A DNA stretch of 64,000 nt from Eledone cirrhosa (Eukaryota): assembly GCA_964016885.1 (NCBI GenBank), contig OZ024743.1, positions 56,482,001 through 56,546,000 on the forward strand, written 5' to 3'. The position numbers and the translations under genes are program-made. Each line of letters starts with the position of its first letter. Position 1 is the first letter of the stretch. This document shows positions 57,701-64,000 of this stretch, in pieces. The notes beneath the pieces are model-generated. The model did no database searches. It was not told where the DNA came from and worked only from the letters and a program-made list of their open reading frames with translations.

Positions 57701-58602
57701 CTCCATGGATTCCGTCATAGCCGTCACAATGTTGTCCAACGTGACCATTTAGGTCGCCTGCAATAACTATATAGTCACTGTCGGTTATTTGGGAGGTAGC
57801 GAGCATCAGTGTCTCGTAGAATCTGTCTTTTATAGCGCGGGGCAGTCCGGATTGGGGTGCGTACGCAGATATTACTGTCACCGTAGTTTTATTGAGGACA
57901 AGTCTTATTTTAATTATTCTGTCGTTCACTCTATTTACGTCTATTATCTTATCTGCCCACTTTTCTGCTACCATGATTCCTACCCCACCCAACCCATTGT
58001 CATTTCCCACCCAGAAAAGCTTATAGCATCGTTCTTTACCCACGATGAATCTAGCCGACCCTCCCCTCCACCTGGTCTCTTGAATACAACAAACATCGAC
58101 CTCCTTACGTTCAAGCATTTCTACAACCTCGTTAGAGCGACCCTTTAAGGTGCCTACATTCATGGTACCAACTCTGAAGTTTTGGATTGCGTTTGGAGGG
58201 TGGGAGCGGTGGGGCGCGGGGGGGATGGGGTTATGTTAGCCATCCTGGGCCGAAACAAGGCGGAGTGCTTGCATTCTCGTCCACGAGGTGAATTTGTCTT
58301 TATCTTTGGCATTGTCGCTGAGCGTCCACATTTTTCTCTCTTCAACTCTCCAGAATTCCGTAGTCCATCCATCATATCGAAAAGCAACAAGTTAAGCGAT
58401 GGTATGGGCCTCTGACTTATGATTGGTCCACGTAATAATGGTGGTGCGTGGGGGCGGGTGGGAGGGATGATGGGTTGTTAGCGAGAATGTAAGGTTTAAG
58501 ATAAGATCGCCGTATTTTGGGCATATTTTAACAATAAACGAAAATACAAGATTTGTTTTGTTTAAGAAAATACGATAGAGAAAATGCGGTGATAGGGAAA
58601 AT
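54737..58602 (-). mobile_element. Full-length RTE LINE, copy E
   Basis: 5' region homologous to copy A, uninterrupted ORF, ~400-bp 3' UTR and (GAT)n tail. Confidence 0.93.
55143..58163 (-). CDS. RTE polyprotein: APE endonuclease, RT and PHD-like finger (1006 aa)
   Basis: NVGTL, CIQETRW, YAPQ, GDLNGH, VDYI; NYRGIKL, DLEKAFD, GVHQGS, YADD; C4-H-C3 finger; [15 protein letters not shown]. Confidence 0.93.
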   Translation of the reverse strand: MNVGTLKGRSNEVVEMLERKEVDVCCIQETRWRGGSARFIVGKERCYKLFWVGNDNGLGGVGIMVAEKWADKIIDVNRVNDRIIKIRLVLNKTTVTVISAYAPQSGLPRAIKDRFYETLMLATSQITDSDYIVIAGDLNGHVGQHCDGYDGIHGGYGFGTRNEEGSRILEFCDANNLTICNTNFKKRDNHLITYRSGEHTSQVDYILTRRRDRVSVVNTKYLPHEEFTSQYRLIISDLIVRTRRTRQRKRTILRRKIWTLKDPIARNKFQSILLDAFDSKEEQLESYNIEEQWEFLRANLLTAADEVCGWSRPVGRRRVTWWWNSKVEESIKAKKQAWKAWRDGGSREDYQVARREARRQVYFARREAEERKFKHVLQREDQKREVFRIARQCVKENRDIVGEKCVLNDDGILAITDADKKVTWKCHYERLLNEENKWEKDSLPQIDPIEGPAVLVEGSIISKAIKDMKTGKAAGPSEIVAEMLKASGSVGHTMVTRIVNQVVQNGVVPKGWRSSIIVNCYKGKGDALDRSNYRGIKLIDQVMKVTEKVIAQLIRERIDLDEMQFGFVSGKSTTDALFIVRQLQEKYLAKSKPLYLAFVDLEKAFDRVPCSIIWWSLRKLGVDEWLVRAIQAMYKETVSKVRINNEYSEEFSVKVGVHQGSVLSPLLFIIALQAITEEFKTSCPWELLYADDLTLIAESMTELEKKFQTWKHGLESKGLKINLAKTKVLVCRKENKAAVPSGKWPCSVCRKGVGRNSILCPKCKVWVHKRCSGITGKLTKNIDFTCGRCSGAISSSKCPQNTSSFNCAEGSIEIVDSFRYLGDKISSGGGCSESTVARVRTGWKKFRELIPLLAARGFSLKMKGRLHDACIRTAMLHGSETWALCAEDIRRLERNEACMLRWMCNSNIRERQSINELRKKLETRGIRCCLLERRLRWYGHVMRMKDDSCITKCRAIKIDGSHGVGRPRKTWDELINSDLTRLHLSKTMSLDRDLWRYSVIEKTRLT

Positions 58603-58720
58603 TATGCATATATATGTATGTATATACATATATATATATATATGCATATATATGTATGTATATACATATATATATATATATGCATATATATGTATGTATA
58701 TACATATATATATATATATA

Positions 58721-58756
<36 letters not shown>

Positions 58757-58768
58757 TATATATGTATG

Positions 58769-58816
<48 letters not shown>

Positions 58817-58818
<2 letters not shown>

Positions 58819-60643
58819 GGTAATACTAGAAGGGGCCATACCAAAAGATTGGTGCAGTAGCATCATTGTCAACTGCTACAAAGGTAAAGGCGATGCACTA
58901 GATAGAGGAAACTATAGAGGTATAAAGTTGATGGACCAGGTCATGAAAGTAACAGAAAGAGTTATAGCACAGCTGATTAGGGACCGGGTGAATATAGACG
59001 AGATGCAATTTGGGTTTGTACCAGGGAGAGGCACCACTGATGCCCTCTTCCTTGTGAGGCAATTACAGGAAAAGTACCTAGCTAAAAGTAAGCCACTCTA
59101 CTTGGCATTTGTCGACCTTGAGAAAGCCTTTGACAGAGTTCCACGTGCGGTAATCTGGTGGGCTCTTAGAAAACTAGGAGTAGATGAATGGCTTGTGAAA
59201 GCGGTACAAGCCATGTATAGGGGAGCAGTCAGCAAAGTTAGGATTAGCAATGAGTATAGCGAGGAATTTAGCGTACAGGTTGGGGTCCACCAGGGCTCTG
59301 TTCTTAACCCTCTCCTGTTCATCATAGTCCTGCAGGCAATAACGGAGGAGTTTAAGACCGGATGCCCATGGGAACTCCTGTATGCTGATGACCTCGCACT
59401 CATAGCTGAATCTATGGTAGAACTAGAGAAGAAATTCCAAACTTGGATGCAGGGACTAGAAAGAAAGGGTCTCAAAGTCAACCTGACAAAGACTAAGGTC
59501 CTTGTAAGTAGACGAGAAAACAGAACCCAGATCCCCTCAGGGAAATGGCCTTGCTCAGTATGTAGGAAAGGTGTAGGTAGGAACTCCATTCTCTGCCCCA
59601 AATGCAAACAATGGGTACACAAGAGATGTAGCGGGATCTCAGGAAGCTTAATTAAGAATGTAGGATTCACATGCAGCAGCTGTGCTGAAACAGCAAGCAA
59701 ACAGCCACAGGAAACAAGTACCACCAATCTCTGGGAGGGCCCTGTAGAAACAGTAGACAGCTTCTGCTACCTAGGTGACCAAATTAGCAACGGAGGTGGG
59801 TGCTCAGAAAGTACAATAACTAGGGTAAGAACGGGATGGAAGAAGTTTAGGGAACTACTACCACTGCTAGCTGCAAAAGGCTTCTCCCTCAGAATGAAAG
59901 GCAGACTGTATGATGCGTGTATCCGAACAGCGATGTTGCATGGTAGTGAGACCTGGGCGCTGAAGGTGGAAGACTTACGTAGATTAGAGAGAAACGAAGC
60001 CTGCATGCTCCGATGGATGTGTAACAGTAATATACGTGAACGACAAAGCATAAAGGAATTGAGAGAGAGACTGAGCATAAGAGGAATCAAATGCTGCGTG
60101 CAGGAGAGGCGGTTGCGTTGGTATGGACATGTGATGCGTATGAAGGATGACAGCTGCATAAAAAGGTGCAGAGCACTAGAAGTTGATGGAAACCGCGGAG
60201 TGGGGAGACCCAAGATGACTTGGGATGAGGTGATAAAAGCCGACCTTACCCAACTACACCTCTCAAAGACAATGACACACGACCGTGACTTCTGGCGTCA
60301 CGCAGTAATACAGGGTACCCGACCTCCCATGGGTACATGCTGAAGCATATAAACAATATGCCCCCACTCCCCCACCGCAAGGTGGTCGTGGAGGTGCCAC
60401 GGCAAAAAAAGCACCCAGCCCACACTGTAAAGTGGACGTGTAGGCGCCACGAAAAAGCACCCAGCACTCACTGTAAATGAGGTTGGTGTTAGGAAGGGCA
60501 TCCAGCTGTAGAAATCAAGCCAGATCAGTTCCTGTATGAGCAAGGCATGGTCAGCCGACCAGACACTGCCCACAACAGGACAACCCGTCTAACCCATGCT
60601 AGCGTGGAAGAACGGACGTAAAACGGTGATGATGATGATGATG
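58817..60643 (+). mobile_element. 5'-truncated RTE LINE, copy F (RT frame open to 60343)
   Basis: ORF 58553-60343 is real only from [12 protein letters not shown]; upstream of that it is microsatellite. (GAT)n tail. Confidence 0.92.
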
Positions 60644-60800
60644 CATATATATGTATGTAGATACATATATATGCATATATATGTATGTAGATACATATAT
60701 ATGCCTATATATATATATATGTATATATATAAATATATATACACACTTATATATATATACACACACACAGACACATATACATATACATACATACATATAT

Positions 60801-61180
60801 GATGGCTGCCCCCTCGTTATCAAGTATGGCCATTTCATGAATACCATTATTAATAATTATTAATTAATTCTATCGTGCAATGCCTGTGCATGAAGATATT
60901 TTTTTAAGTGAGGAAAGACTGTGCACCGAGCCAATCCCACTCCCTGAGCGACAGTAGCTATAACCCGAAAAGAAGAAAAGATCAATATCATCGGTAACTA
61001 CTGAGCCGCAGGTTTTATATCGGAGTTATCCCAGTTTCCTGAGTTGCCTTCTCCTAGAAAAATGCCCTGACAAAGGCTAGGGGTCCTTCACTCCCAGTGG
61101 TTTAACCGCGCGGTACATGTGTATATACATATTTACACACTTTTGGATGGCCGTTGATTCTTATGAGTTCTTCCGCCCTA
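60801..61180 (-). mobile_element. Non-autonomous RTE-related element (second subfamily)
   Basis: One end matches 40046-40080 and the body matches 49605-49870. Confidence 0.75.
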
Positions 61181-61181
61181 C

Positions 61182-61243
<62 letters not shown>

Positions 61244-61370
61244 AAAGTTATATTTAAATTGTTGGGTTACAACGAGTAAATATTTATAACTGATATAAAA
61301 GCACTCAACAAGTATTTGGAGTATATTTACGATATTAAATAAATGGAAATTATATTTATAAAACCATATT

Positions 61371-61422
61371 TATTTCAGGGATATCATATTAAAAATATGT
61401 TATGCCTTCTTCAGACAAAATA
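61371..61422 (-). ncRNA. Broken hammerhead (stem III and cleavage site deleted)
   Basis: Lacks 14 nt (tatataatgaaata) relative to 61752-61817. Confidence 0.7.
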
Positions 61423-61751
61423 CAATATAAACAGTCTTATAAATAGATAGATTCGACATACCTTTCAACTTCGACTTGCATTTGAAAAGTTGATTTGGTA
61501 GTGAAAAATAATATGGACAGGTGTAAAAAGAAAGAAAGAAGGAAAGAAAGAAAAACGAAGAAAAAGAAGAAATGCATGCAACTAAATAGAGAGAGATAGA
61601 TATAGAGAGATAGATAGAGAGAAGAAATTCATGCAAAGAATTTTTTTTTACAACTGTCCATATTATTTTTCACTACCAAATCAACTTTTCAAATGCAAGT
61701 CGAAGTTGAAAGGTATGTCGAATCTATCTATTTATAAGACTGTTTATATTG

Positions 61752-61817
61752 TATTTTGTCTGAAGAAGGCATAACATATTTTTAATATGATATCTCTGAA
61801 ATATATATAATGAAATA
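61752..61817 (+). ncRNA. Type I hammerhead ribozyme
   Basis: tattttgt-CTGAAGA-aggcataacatatt-ttt-aatatgatatctct-GAAA-tatata-TA-atgaaata. AUA cleavage after 61809. Confidence 0.8.
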
Positions 61818-61857
61818 AATATGGTTTTATAAATATAATTTCCATTTATTTAATATC

Positions 61858-61918
<61 letters not shown>

Positions 61919-61929
61919 CATGTATATAA

Positions 61930-63545
61930 GAATCAGTAGAGTTACTTCTTGACTTTATGAATGACTTTTTCTAGTCCAAACTTCTCCTTGTCTCAACCAG
62001 TTATGAGAAGAAAATTTTGGACCTAGTGTTTAGTTACCATACTAACACTATACATAATATTATAGTGGAAAAAACCCTTCTTTCAGACCATGACATGGTT
62101 CTCTGTAACCTGAGATTCGACCAGCCGAAAGCTAATCCTAGTGACCTGTCTCCAGCCCACCCATTTGATAGCATGGATCCCTATAATGCCAACTGGGATG
62201 CAGTCATGAATGAACTATCACATGTTGACTGTTCTTTTTCACAGGCACACATTTCCACCAACATCAAAACATCTTGGCAGATTTTTGTAGACAAATATAT
62301 GTACAAAACACACCCCATCAAGATCTGTGAACAAAACTAAGTGCAGTAACCCCCAAAAACAGAAAAACTATTATCAGAAAAATAAAAAGAACAAGCAAAA
62401 ATATTAACAAACTAAAATACTGCCAATAACAACACACACACTCGACGGCTATCGCACTGCTTGAATAACAAAAAATAATAACCTCCAACAATGCATGAAG
62501 ACCCTCATCAATAACCAAAGAACAGCTGAGGAGAAATGGGCCACTGAGAAAATCAAACTCAACCCCAAAGTGTTCTTTTCATTTGCAAAAAACACAAAGT
62601 CACTGTGTCCACTGTTGGCTCTCTAATTGATGAATATGGCACACTCCAAGACAATGCCAAAACCATGGGTGAGATACTGCAGAAACAATACTGCTCTGTT
62701 TTCAGCAATCCTGATATGGCTGATCTGGGCCGTATCAGTGATCTTAATCCCCTAAACACTATATCAGACATAACGTTTGGTGCCCCTGATGTCTTAGTGG
62801 CAATAAATGAAATTAAACACAATTCACCAGTAGGCCCCGATAGGTTCCCTGCTTGTGTCCTGAAGGTGTTTCGACACCAGCTTGCATCTCCTCTTGCTAA
62901 TTTGTGGAGGAACTCACTGGATGTTGGCTATATTCCTGAAAACTTTCCGTCCCTGTCTGTTGTCCCAGTTTTCAAAAAGGGAAACAAGTCCCTTGCAGTG
63001 AACTACCATCCGATCTCACTCACCTCTCATATTATCAAGGTATTTGAGAGGGTGGTAAGATCACAAATAACTCACTTTCTTGAAAGCAATAGAATGCTGA
63101 ACTCCAACCAACATGGGTTCCGTAATGGAAAGGACTGCCTAATGCAACTCCTGTATCACTTTGATAACATTTCAAGAGATTTGGGAGAGGGCTCCAACAC
63201 TGATGTCATCTACTTTGATTTCAGCAAGGCCTTTGACAGGGTTGATCACAAGATTTTACAGAAAAAACTATCCAGCATTGGTGTCTCTGGAGAGTTACTG
63301 CAATAGATCAAGTGTTTCCTGACAGACAAAGCCCAACATGTAGTCGAAGGAGAAAAATCAAGCCCACCAAAGTTAGTAGTGGCGTTCCGCAAGGCACTGT
63401 GTTGAACCCACTTTTTTTCATCATCAATATTACTGATATGATGAAGCACAGCAACATAAAAATCTTTGTAGATGATTCCAAGTTCCAGAAGGTCATCAAA
63501 GGAGTTGGTGACCGGACATGCCTTCAATCAGATCTACTGGCTAAG
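61930..63545 (+). mobile_element. Old degraded CR1-group LINE fragment (end of APE, linker, RT)
   Basis: LDLVF...LSDH; SPVGPD, NYHPISLT, QHGFR, DFSKAFD, SGVPQG, FVDD, with stops and frameshifts. Confidence 0.85.
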
Positions 63546-63551
63546 ACCGTT

Positions 63552-63955
63552 CTAAAATCCTCTGATGCCCTAGCAATAACCATAACATAACCCCAATCGC
63601 AACAAAAGAGATATAACTACTAACTAATGTAGTAAAAAACATAGTGATTGCTCTATAATCTTACCACTCTGAATTTTAGTCTAAAAAATACCACATATAT
63701 AATAGGAGGGAGAGAACAAAAGCCTAGCAATAAATACTGGCTAAACTTAAGAATTAACCCCTAAATACTAACCCCAACAAACACTAATGCTAAACTTACA
63801 CCCTAAATATTAGGACTAACTTTAAACCAACAAAACTAAGCCTGCCCTAATACCTTCCGATGTCCTGGCAATAGTCATAACATAATCCCAGCCCCAACCT
63901 TAATAAACGTGATATAACTACTAACTAATACAGCAGAAAAATTATTGATTGTCAT
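63552..63955. repeat. Diverged ~100-bp direct repeat with ~295-bp spacing
   Basis: gatgccctagcaataaccataacataa...gatataactactaactaat occurs at ~63552-63655 and ~63847-63955. Confidence 0.65.
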
Positions 63956-64000
63956 AGTCTATATAAATACAAACGGATTAAGTTATACTTTGTTTATAAG

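Larger units (their letters stand above)
61243..61860. mobile_element. Fold-back cassette with one intact and one deleted hammerhead
   Basis: ~200-bp arms 61328-61529/61645-61860; (TA)n on both sides. Confidence 0.85.

Noticed and set aside
63750-63855. Interstitial telomere
   Set aside because: The CCCTAA words are scattered and do not form a tandem array.

Overview
This is an AT-rich eukaryotic intergenic window with no recognisable host gene. The dense (TA)n/(CA)n tracts and the tRNA-SINE/RTE repertoire suggest a cephalopod such as Octopus (inference). It is a stack of mobile elements sitting in microsatellites: RTE LINEs (one with an uninterrupted 1006-aa ORF), CR1-group LINE fragments, a full-length Tx1/L1-group LINE with a 50-bp target-site duplication, a deleted hAT transposon, tRNA-derived SINEs, non-autonomous RTE derivatives and Penelope-like elements (one 812-aa RT plus GIY-YIG ORF). 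The main signal missed by the ORF track is 12 type I hammerhead ribozyme motifs from 6 sequence families, folded by hand. They occur as (i) a 456-nt tandem retrozyme-like unit with an inverted 5' segment at 16.8-17.8 kb, (ii) three fold-back cassettes carrying back-to-back hammerheads at 4.6-6.6, 50.1-50.6 and 61.2-61.9 kb, and (iii) pLTR-like repeats around Penelope coding sequence. A second signal is 5'-3' complementarity with compensatory changes in two diverged full-length RTE copies. Most listed ORFs (IY/CV/HT repeats and antisense frames) are artefacts.
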